From contig NW_002060944.1 of the NCBI RefSeq assembly GCF_000150275.1, forward strand, positions 7,306,756 through 7,370,755: a stretch of 64,000 nt of DNA, read 5' to 3'. Numbering within the stretch: the first letter of the stretch is position 1; every line of letters starts with the position of its first letter. Below are positions 14,111 to 26,100 of the stretch, piece after piece. Below the pieces are notes generated by a model. The model saw only the letters and a list, made by a program, of their open reading frames with translations, did not search any database and was not told the DNA's origin. A program made the translations under genes and the position numbers. The DNA comes from Trichoplax adhaerens. Lineage: Eukaryota > Animalia > Placozoa.

Positions 14111-17100
14111 GTAAGTTTGAAACAATTTCATTTTATGAGTGCATTCTCATTTTATGAGTACATTCAAAAATGCCGATCATTGAAAAACGTGAATCCGTGG
14201 TTGGGCGTATATTAGTTATCATCCTCATCATTTATATCTGAAATATTATTACCCACAACTGAGTTAAACCGATGTCGTTTATGACTCTCCTAGCATGAAT
14301 ATATGTATTCATTATTAGTTTTGAATAGTTGTTGTACTCTTAAACTTCTTGTATGTGCTTACTTCAAGATTACTCTTGATTAAGATAATCTGGGATTTAT
14401 TTTATAAAAATATTATCAATCTAATTATGGTATATTAACTTATGTAGTACTCAAAGATAGATCATGCTTATAGGATCGATCGTGAGATTACAGAATTAAT
14501 TTATATCACAAAATAGAGTTAAGCAAGAAAAAGGAATTTTCGGCATTTTATTTTTGAGGCGTTTTATTAGTGCTTAAAAGTAGAAATATAGCTGATGAAT
14601 AGAAAATAAAATTATTTCGGTACTCAACAGATTTTTTCGTCATAATGAATAACATGATTCATCTAAATCTATTTTGAAAGAGAAGATTTAGGTTCAAACT
14701 AATATTTTGTATCCATTAATGTAAAAAATATCTTTCCATCATGAAATGGAAGGTCTTAAGTGCACGCACATGATTGAATTTTATGTGTAAAGAGAAAAGA
14801 TATACTTTTAGCTTACCTATAAAGTTACAGATCTTAGAGTTGTTCACTACAGTAATCCATTACCATTCTATAACCAAGATATCCATTCTTGACAGTTTAT
14901 TAAGAAAGTATTTCAGGCTAGCATTGGAATCTTACGGCGTAAATTAAGTTACAATGAAGTCACAGATCCTAGAGTCGTTTCATTACAGTAATTGCACTAC
15001 CGTTTTCTAGCTAGCATATCCATTCATTACAGTAGGTTATCAAGAAATTATCCCAGGCTAACATAATTTTCTATCTTCTAGTATCAATTAGATTACCTCT
15101 AATGTCATAGATCCTCGAGTTGTTTCACTACAGTAATCGTATTTCCGGGATATTTACAGCAGTTAATTAACAAATCATCCCTCGCTAATAATACTTTCGA
15201 TCTTATATAGTATCAATTAAATTACTTCTTAAGTTACAGATCCTAGAATCGTTTCACTACAGTAATCGCATTACCATTCTTGACGGTAGTTTATCAAGAA
15301 AGCATCGTGTGCTAACACTGTTTTTAATCTTATATTGTGAGGTAATTTTCTACGCTGTGATTTCTAATCAATTTTATACTTTTTACTGTATGATTAGGTG
15401 ATATTCAAAATTCTAACGTGCTAGTCAGTGATTTCAGTTTCCGATCGAGCCAACTTGCTGATGGTAAGTATGAACTCTAGATTTACCTCATCTATCTTGT
15501 TAAATAATCATAATTCTCTGGAGACAATAACTATCTACGAATATATAAAGCGAACTCATAGCACGCCTGTACTGCCAACGAAAGCAAGTCAAGAGGAAAT
15601 CTTTATTACTATTTGCATTATGATGTTGAGCCTTGAGTGAGATTATCGGCTATATTAATGTATAATCATTTATTTGAAAACGTTAAGGCTGAAATTATTT
15701 TCCTTGTAGTATTAATTTGCGCAAATAGCGATTTTACGGGTGCTGACTGTATAAATCTTATGACGCTTTTTTTTGTTGGTAGTGCCATACAAGTTACCGT
15801 AAATTAAATTAAATTAATCCGTAAAAGATATAATTTAATAATCCGATTAATTCCATTCAACTACTGTGATGGATAAGTGTCTAACTTGACGATGATAATT
15901 GGGTTTTTAGCTTAAAATTTTTGTTACGTGGCTACCGCTGTCGACGTCCAGGAGTTGTAAATGTTAAAGCCTTATGCTCGCTTTATTACCCAACTATCGA
16001 TATCATTTATTGTAAGCGAAATCGTCAACATAGAATTGATATTATTATGATATCGGTATCGATGATTGAAATGAATCGAAAGAATGATACTTCCATACTA
16101 TGACTACGAATGGCTACTGTACTTAAAATGCAATTCTGAATTAATTACCTTCAGCAGGCGAAGGATTGAAATAAGGTCACATAGTAGGGTACTATAGCAT
16201 GTAGTACTCTATCGTTTATACACTAGAGTATTATGGCCGCCCGTAGAAAAACGTGGCTGGGGATTTCTTTCTTTCTTCTTATACTGAGATCTAACTTACT
16301 CAGTATTCTATCGTGTATTGTATGAGCTGTAGACTATTGTATGCTACAGTGATTGTAGGGTATAATTTCACTACCGCTGCTAAGATCGTCGGTATTCGCC
16401 ATTTTGCGCAGCCATTTGTAAGCGGCGCCAACTAGGCACTTCCAATTTAGTAATGGAACTGAAAATGGAATTTTTTTATCTCCGAATTTATCCTATTGAT
16501 TATCGAGAGGTTATTTGATTGAGATTTTACCGTTAATAAAGAATACTTGTAAAATAAACTGATAGGATAGATCAAAAGGCAAGGTAAGGTTGTTGGATTT
16601 ACCTTGGAAAAATTTCACTACGTTCTCGAACATGTTTTACTTAGCCAATGATTTCAAGTGTTTCATATTCTAAAATGACAAGCTCGTATCATATATGATG
16701 AAGAATACAATGTTAACTGACATTAAACTACTTATTTTTCAATATAATTTTATTAATCAATTGCATTAGAATGGATATTCAATGTGGTCAAGCGTCCTTT
16801 CTTTGACTTTATTATATATGATCGCAAAATAAGCTTTTTTATTTCCCTTTCAGACCTTGTTACTTCAAATGCTCGAGATGAAGATACGCAATCGATCCTT
16901 TCCTACCTGACTAGTACACAATTAGGTATGAAAGTATAGTATGGCAATATCGATAATACTTTGGGCTATTTTACCTACAGCATAGTAATTATAAAATGGA
17001 CATCAATAGGAAAGTATAGTGTGTAATAAATCACTGAATAACATACTAGAGATACCAGTATTAACCTCCATTTTCTTGCTAGCAGCACAAACACAGAGCG

Positions 17101-20100
17101 ATTATACTTCAACGTCTGGCGTGATATCGAGAAGCCAAGTGGATAGTATTAGCACGCCGATCGACGATCAGCTTTCAATCGCAATCTATTGCCAATAGTT
17201 TGGATGGCCTGGCATCGAATCCACCAGAATCGACTATAGCGGAAGATATTATTTCTACTGCGGTCTCAGATCTATTACAAACCTCCGTACAAGCTATCGT
17301 AACTAGTCTAGTTAACCAAGAATCTTCATCTCAACTTGATGTTACCGCGATATCCTTCCAGACACTTTCAGCGATAGAGAGTAACATTCCTTCTGATGCT
17401 GTCACGACTGCATTCACAACTTTAACCAATCAATCGGAATCGACTGCAATAGATGGTATTGCCTCTACTGTCATTTCAGAAGATCTGCAGATTTTATCAC
17501 TAGCCGCCACCACCGGGCCTATTGACCAAGTGCCTTCATCTCAGCTTGATCAAACCATTACATCATTTCAACTAATTTCACTGCTAGACAGTGAGACTGC
17601 TTCTGATAGTAATATCCCGGCTACATCAACAGGTTATAGTTCTATTTTTATGAACAAAATATCATACTACTATACATGTGCGGCATATCCAGTACTATAG
17701 GCGTACTTAAAGGATTGTAAAAGTCCATACTTGTATCGAAATGATGTACCTATTATGTATATGGATACAAATATATCGGGATTAATTAAAGTTATAAAAT
17801 ATGAAAAGATTATTTCTACCATTACATACTTTTGGAATTTACATTCCTACTGTTAGGATGCTAAATTTCCATTATACGCGGTCAATATCTTAATTTAAAT
17901 ATTTCATGTTGGTCTTACGTATATTTATAATGACACTTTCTCCTTTCTTTATTTCAGTCGAATTATCTCAGCAGAGTTCATTTATTTTTGCAGCGGATAC
18001 AACTATATCAATACTTGCAAGCATCTTTGATTCTTCGATAGGTAATGCTTTATAGTTTGATATACTTAAATTTTAACTTAACTCTTTCAATACAATAGAT
18101 CATTAAAATTTTTAATTTTCTAATCAATTGTGTATTCAATAGGTGCTAGTCAAGGAAGCATCATATCTAACGTACCGAGTATTTTAGTGTCGTCTGTGGA
18201 TGAAGATGAACTAATTTCTACGGTGGTATCGCTGGAGGCACAAAGCCAGAGTGATGTCGACGTCACTACAAATTTGCAACAAAGTTCTTCAGCAATATTG
18301 CAAGACTTGTCATCACAATTATCCATAGTTCCGCCAATATCTAGCGAGATTATATCCATAGCAGGTTAAAATAGACTCGTAATAGTTATAATAGGATTAG
18401 AAATATTACAGAAATTTGCGTGTTTATTTTAAAAAATTGATGTCTTCATTCATGGGCAATTATGCAAAGGAGGCTGCTTTAACCATATGCGGTACATATA
18501 ATTGCTAAAATAATTTATGACACTTTATCATTTGCACTTTGTTATTAAAGATATAACTAGCCAAGAATCAAGCCAATCAACATTAATTGAGTCATCAATG
18601 ATATCAGAATCAATAATTGCTACACCATCGTTATTAGATGATTTACTAACATCGACAGCATTACCAACGGAAATAGAAAGTCAAAGCGAGATGGAAACAA
18701 GTACTACAGATGAGCGTAGTACACGTATAACATCAGAAGATATACCGGCATCATCTTTGGACGATAGAGAAATAACAACGAGTGTTATAAAATCGACAGG
18801 TTAGAACAGATTTTATATATAACATATAATAGAAGTAAAAATCCGAATATCTTCATATAAATAAGAATTACATATAATAAAAATCTTTTAACGTTTTATT
18901 TTATGTAGACGATATTAGTAGTATAGCGACATCGATAGAGAGAATATCGATTACACCATCATCTATCGATATTATTGATAGCTCTATCGCTTTCGATAGC
19001 AGTATACAATCACAAGCTATTAGCACAATAATATCAGAATCGATACTTGCAACGCCATCGTCGTTAGAAGACATACTAACATCGACAGTACTACCAAGAG
19101 AAATAGAAAGTCAAAGCGAGATAGAAACAAGTACTACAGATGAGCGTAGTACGCGTATAGCATCAGACGATATACCGGTATCATCTTTAGACGATAGAGA
19201 AATAACAGCGAGCGTTATAGCATCGTCAGGTTAGAATATGTTGTAGATATATAGATATAGAAGTAAATATTCGACTGTAATAAATTTCCTAAATCTTTTA
19301 TTTTATGTAGACGATATTAGTAGTATAGCGACATCGATAGAGAGAATATCGATTATACCATCATCTATCGATATTATTGATAGCTCTATCGCTTTCGATA
19401 GCAGTATACAATCACAAGCTATTAGCACAATAATATCAGAATCGATACTTGCAACGCCATCGTCGTTAGAAGACATACTAACATCGACAGTACTACCAAG
19501 AGAAATAGAAAGTCAAAGTGAGATAGAAACAAGTGCTAGAGATGAGCGTAGTACACGTATAACATCAGACGATATACCGGTATCATCTTTAGACGATAGA
19601 GAAATAACAGCGAGCGTTATAGCATCGTCAGGTTAGAATATGTTGTGGATATATAGATATAGAAGTAAATATTCGACTGTAATAAATTTCCTAAATTTTT
19701 ATTTTATATAGACGATATTAGCAGTATAGCGACATCGATAGAGAGAATATCGATTATACCATCATCTATCGATATTATTGATAGCTCTATCGCTTTCGAT
19801 AGCAGTATACAATCACAAGCTATTAGCACAATAATATCAGAATCGATACTTGCAACGCCATCGTCGTTAGAAGACATACTAACATCGACAGTACTACCAA
19901 GAGAAATAGAAAGTCAAAGCGAGATAGAAACAAGTACTACAGATGAGCGTAGTACACGTATAACATCAGACGATATACCGGCATCATCTTTAGACGATAG
20001 AGAAATAACAGCGAGCGTTATAGCATCGTCAGGTTAGAATATGTTGTGGATATATAGATATAGAAGTAAGTATTCGACTGTAATAAATTTCCTAAATCTT

Positions 20101-23100
20101 TTATTTTATATAGACGATATTAGTAGTACAGCGACATCGATAGAGAGAATATCGATTATACCATCATCTATCGATATTATTGATAGCTCTATCGCTTTCG
20201 ATAGCAGTATACAATCACAAGCTATTAGCACAATAATATCAGAATCGATACTTGCAACGCCATCGTCGTTAGAAGACATACTAACATCGACAGTACTACC
20301 AAGAGAAATAGAAAGTCAAAGCGAGATAGAAACAAGTACTACAGATGAGCGTAGTACACGTATAACATCAGACGATATACCGGTATCATCTTTAGACGAT
20401 AGAGAAATAACAGCGAGCGTTATAGCATCGTCAGGTTAGAATATGTTGTGGATATATAGATACAGAAGTAAGTATTCGACTGTAATAAATTTTCTAAATC
20501 TTTATTTTATATAGACGATATTAGCAGTATAGCGACATCGATAGAGAGAATATCGATTATACCATCATCTATCGATATTATTGATAGCTCTATCGCTTTC
20601 GATAGCAGTATACAATCACAAGCTATTAGCACAATAATATCAGAATCGATACTTGCAACGCCATCGTCGTTAGAAGACATACTAACATCGACAGTACTAC
20701 CAAGAGAAATAGAAAGTCAAAGTGAGATAGAAACAAGTACTACAGATGAGCGTAGTACACGTATAACATCAGACGATATACCGGTATCATCTTTAGACGA
20801 TAGAGAAATAACAGCGAGCGTTATAGCATCGTCAGGTTAGAATATGTTGTGGATATATAGATATAGAAGTAAATATTCGACTGTAATAAATTTTCTTAAT
20901 CTTTTGTTTTATATAGACGATATTGGCAGTATAGCGACATCGATAGAGAGAATATCGATTATACCATCATCTATCGATATTATTGATAGCTCTATCGCTT
21001 TCGATAGCAGTATACAATCACAAGCTATTAGCACAATAATATCAGAATCGATACTTGCAACGCCATCGTCGTTAGAAGACATACTAACATCGACAGTACT
21101 ACCAAGAGAAATAGAAAGTCAAAGCGAGATAGAAACAAGTACTACAGATGAGCGTAGTACACGTATAACATCAGACGATATACCGGTATCATCTTTAGAC
21201 GATAGAGAAATAACAGCGAGCGTTATAGCATCGTCAGGTTAGAATATGTTGTGGATATATAGATATAGAAGTAAATATTCGACTGTAATAAATTTTCTAA
21301 ATCTTTTATTTTATATAGACGATATTAGTAGTATAGCGACATCGATAGAGAGAATATCGATTATACCATCATCTATCGATATTATTGATAGCTCTATCGC
21401 TTTCGATAGCAGTATACAATCACAAGCTATTAGCACAATAATATCAGAATCGATACTTGCAACGCCATCGTCGTTAGAAGACATACTAACATCGACAGTA
21501 CTACCAAGAGAAATAGAAAGTCAAAGCGAGATAGAAACAAGTACTACAGATGAGCGTAGTACACGTATAACATCAGATGATATACCGGCATCATCTTTAG
21601 ACGATAGAGAAATAACAGCGAGTGCTATAGCATCGTCAGGTTAGGCTTACTTGTTCATGTATATGCATAGAAGTAAATATTCGACTGTAATAAATTTCCT
21701 AAATTTTTTATTTTATATAGACGATATTAGCAGTATAGCGACATCGATAGAGAGAATATCGATTATACCATCATCTATCGATATTATTGATAGCTCTATC
21801 GCTTTCGATAGCAGTATACAATCACAAGCTATTAGCACAATAATATCAGAATCGATACTTGCAACGCCATCGTCGTTAGAAGACATACTAACATCGACAG
21901 TACTACCAAGAGAAATAGAAAGTCAAAGCGAGATAGAAACAAGTACTACAGATGAGCGTAGTACACGTATAATATCAGACAATATACCGGTATCATCTTT
22001 AGACGATAGAGAAATAACAGCGAGCGTTATAGCATCGTCAGGTTAGAATATGTTGTAGATATATAGATATAGAAGTAAATATTCGACTGTAATAAATTTT
22101 CTAAATCTTTATTTTATATAGACGATATTAGTAGTATAGCGACATCGATAGAGAGAATATCGATTATACCATCATCTATCGATATTATTGATAGCTCTAT
22201 CGCTTTTGATAGCAGTGCTTTCGAGTCTCCTATTGTATCTGGCACTGCTATTGGTTTGTCCAAGTCAGTAGTCTTGCTAGGAGATTCATTGACTACGCTA
22301 TCAGTTTCGGCCTATTCTTTGGCTTCTGTCAGTATTGATTCGGTAATAATTGAATCAAGTTCTACAAGTATTTCTACGCAATCTGATGTTGGAATAATAA
22401 CTACTGCGACAACACAACCCGAATATTCAGTAACTTCAAAACTAGCTACTTCGCATTTAGGAAGATCGTATAGCAGTAGTTTTGGTATTGAATTGCCGAG
22501 TACGATCAAGTCTATTATTTCGTCGGGTACAGATATCATTTCGACTCCTTCTATTCAGCAGACCGATTATTTAGCAACTTTGTCGTCAGTTTTTACTTAT
22601 CCATCGAATTCTGATGGCACCATTGAATCTTCTGCAGGAGCAGGTGTAGGTGTTATTTCGACTACATCTGCCCATCAATCCGAATTTTTATCAGTATTAC
22701 AAACGTATTCTGCTTCTTTATCAACACGTATTAGTAGTTCCGCAGTTTTGGATTTGTCATTTACTAAATTTCCTGTGATATCTACTACTGATGGCTCCGT
22801 AACTGGGGTTACACTCTCTAAAAAAGGCTCGATAGCTGTAACATCGGATTCATCACAGCAAACCAGTTACACAGAAATTTTACCCTCTAATTTTAACAGT
22901 TCTAGCTTAACTAGCGAGTTATTTGGTGTAACCACTTCCTTGCAGCCAGGTACTATTAGCATTTTGGTCGAATCTACGCTGAAATCACAATATTCGACAA
23001 CATCAGCATTTTACTCAGTTTATTCGCCAAGCGTTGATGGTAGTATAACAGTCGAAGGTTTACTAAGTTCTACGACATCTTCCGTATTGCCGAATTTCCA

Positions 23101-26100
23101 TACAAGTACAATTGAATATGTTACATTATCACAGTCACAGTCCTCTACTCTCTTAAATTTTGGCAGTAGTTCGCCAAGTATTGATTCATTAGGATCCGTT
23201 ACAGCTGCTACAGCTTTACTCTCAAACTTAGATTCAACTATATCTTTGCAGTCGTCAGAATATATGACAGCGTCGGCTTCGGTTCCTCTGATTTTATCTT
23301 CTACAGCTTTACTCTCAAACATAGATTCAACTGTATCTTTGCAGTCGTCAGAATATATGACGGCGTCCGCTTCGGTTCCTCTAATTTCATCTTCTACAGC
23401 TTTACTCTCAAACTTAGATTCAACTTTATCTTTGCAGTCGTCAGAATATATGACAGCGTCCGCTTCGGTTCCTCTGATTTTATCATCGTTGCGTAATACA
23501 ATCGATTCTTCTGCGGTTGTTAATCTAGCTAGCTCGGTCAAATATACATCATCAGTTTTCGATGTAAGGTTAACTTCCTCTATGTATTCATCTGGTTACT
23601 CGACGACTAAAGTACCAATTGCCAGCTCTGGTAAAGTAGCAGCGATTGCATCTAATTATCTAACTGATAATATAACTTTCGTATAATTATTTTTTGTTAA
23701 AAGTTTTTAAACATATTTCTTGAAATCAGATACGGTATTCTAGTTACTTATGATTCCATAAAATTCTTCTGCAACTCATATAGCCTCGATTGCTTCGATT
23801 GATTCGATTCCTGGAACCAGTTACCTTACGAGTAGCTCTGCAATGATTTCAACGCAAATACTAGAATCAGCGACAATTGTGCCATCAACCATATCAGAAG
23901 GTGTGTAACAGTATGACTATAACGATTTTAAAGTGTAGCCACGGATGCCGCTCTTTGCTTACAAAGAATTTATTTGATAATTGTTTAAATATTAAGTAAC
24001 GATGAATAGTTTAATGATCATGCGTTCATCGAATTTACAGCTATAGTAACTTCTTCAAAGTTACCTGGCGTTTATGATTGTTCCGTCGATATTAACTTAT
24101 GCCACGTTAACGCAATCTGTACTAACACATCTGGGTTGTATAATTGTTTATGCGAATCTGGATTTACTGGAAATGGCACATATTGTACAGGTTTGAAAGC
24201 TATTTAAGCAGTTATAAAAGCTACGTTATAATATAGCAACATTTTAGTTTTATTAGTTAATATTGCAAATATTAAGTTTCAATTTCCTAATTGTGGATGA
24301 AAGTGAATGTAATGCCACTATATTCACGTTTACGAGGGTCATTAGCGTTAATTATATATAATTTAAGTCGATGTTAACATTTAGCCTTTTATGCTTTCTA
24401 TGCGTAGATATTAATGAGTGCTTAGATAACCTTGATAACTGTAGTACTAATGCTACGTGCATTAATACCAGTGGTTCATTTAACTGCTCGTGTAACCAAG
24501 GGTACCTAGGAGATGGAGTTACTTGCGTTGGTAAATTCTGATTGATTAGCCATTAATAAAATGATAATCAGAATGTAATTGAAGAAATTATTATCAATGA
24601 ACATTGCTTATTGATAAGTGATTCTGTTGATAGATATAAATGAATGCCAAACTGGTACAGATCATTGTCATACCAACGCTTCATGTCAGAACACTATAGG
24701 ATCCTATGCTTGTTTATGCAAAATAGGTTTTACTGGCAATGGAATAACTTGCAATGGTATTTAATCATCTTTACTTTGTTACCAGTTGTGAAGCTTATAG
24801 TTTATTGGCAATGAGTTATGCAATATCATTATTGATAGCTTTATTTTATGTAAAAGCTATAAATTATTCTTTTACATTTATAGATATTGATGAATGTTTA
24901 ATGAATCAAAGCAATTGTCATAGTAAGGCCAACTGCATAAATTCAATTGGTTCGTATGCATGCTCTTGCATAGTAGGATATACTGGTAATGGTCGAAATT
25001 GTCAAGGTAGTAATGAAATCGCAAGTTTATGATTTCTGCTGATATTTAATGCATTAATAATTATATTGTTCTTAAAATCTATATCTAGATATCAATGAGT
25101 GCACCACCAATAATCAATGTCATAGTAATAGTACCTGTAATAATACTATCGGTTCCTATACATGTTCATGTATGTCTGGATTTGAGGGCAATGGTACATA
25201 CTGTCAAGGTACGTTCTTTGTTTCGATATCTAGTTGTAAAGCATCTATGAATTTATTCCCAACAATATTTGTACTTTTCATTTCTAGATATCGATGAATG
25301 CTCAACCAATCAGCATCAGTGTCATCATAACGCAACATGTATTAATCTTTATGGCTCATATGAGTGCAGTTGCTCTTCTGGATTTCTTGGTAATGGTAGG
25401 AGTTGTTCAGGTTAGTGACGGGGTGGCTTCTTTTGCTTTGGTGATTATACTTTCATAGATAATATTTCAGTAGTTTATAAGTACTGTTCATCAGCTTAAA
25501 TTATTGCATCTAGATATCAACGAGTGCAACAGTGGACATACCTGTAGTCGATTAGCGACTTGCTATAATACCCCTGGATCTTATTATTGTGTTTGCAACT
25601 ATGGTTTGCAAGGCAATGGATTTCAATGCGTTCAAGAAGGTAATCCCAATTTTACGTAATATCCCTGACTATTGGCCAGGTTTCCATTGATTACCACAGC
25701 ACGCATTGAACCTCAATCGATGCTAAATATTTTAGCTACTAGGTTATATCCTTACGGAGCACAATTTGGGGATAGATCGTTTGGTAGAACGGATCAAGGC
25801 TATAGATATCTATATTTAAGGGAGCCGATTTCATATATGCAAACATCATACAGAGGATTATACGTAAATAGACTGAATGATACTAATGATACTTCGTAGT
25901 AATACCAATCAAACTAACTTAGTTAAATTACTGTATGATTGTAATAATCACATAAATATATGTATTTCACGACTTCCAATTGCAATATTTCCTTTTGGTA
26001 ATAATTAAAGTGTGTTGATTTAATACTCAGATCTCTGTTGATGGAGTTATTTCGTTGGGATTTCCATATCCGGGCTTTACAACCCGTCCGTTTCCAAGGC

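Noticed and set aside
20041-22046. Four 131-132 aa ORFs (MLWIYRY.../MFMYMHR...) as separate small genes with hydrophobic N-termini
   Set aside because: The N-termini are translated 81-nt introns. They vanish in units with an 80-nt intron or a TAG variant.
18909-22216. Regular repeat array as a CRISPR array or non-coding satellite
   Set aside because: There are no unique spacers. Units are 401/402 bp with GT-AG sites and an open 107-codon exon, in a eukaryotic gene.
22312-23541. Minus-strand ORFs 22312-22539 and 23020-23541 (also 18150-18359, 26674-26955, 25923-26183)
   Set aside because: Antisense shadows of + strand exons, with no independent splice or domain evidence.
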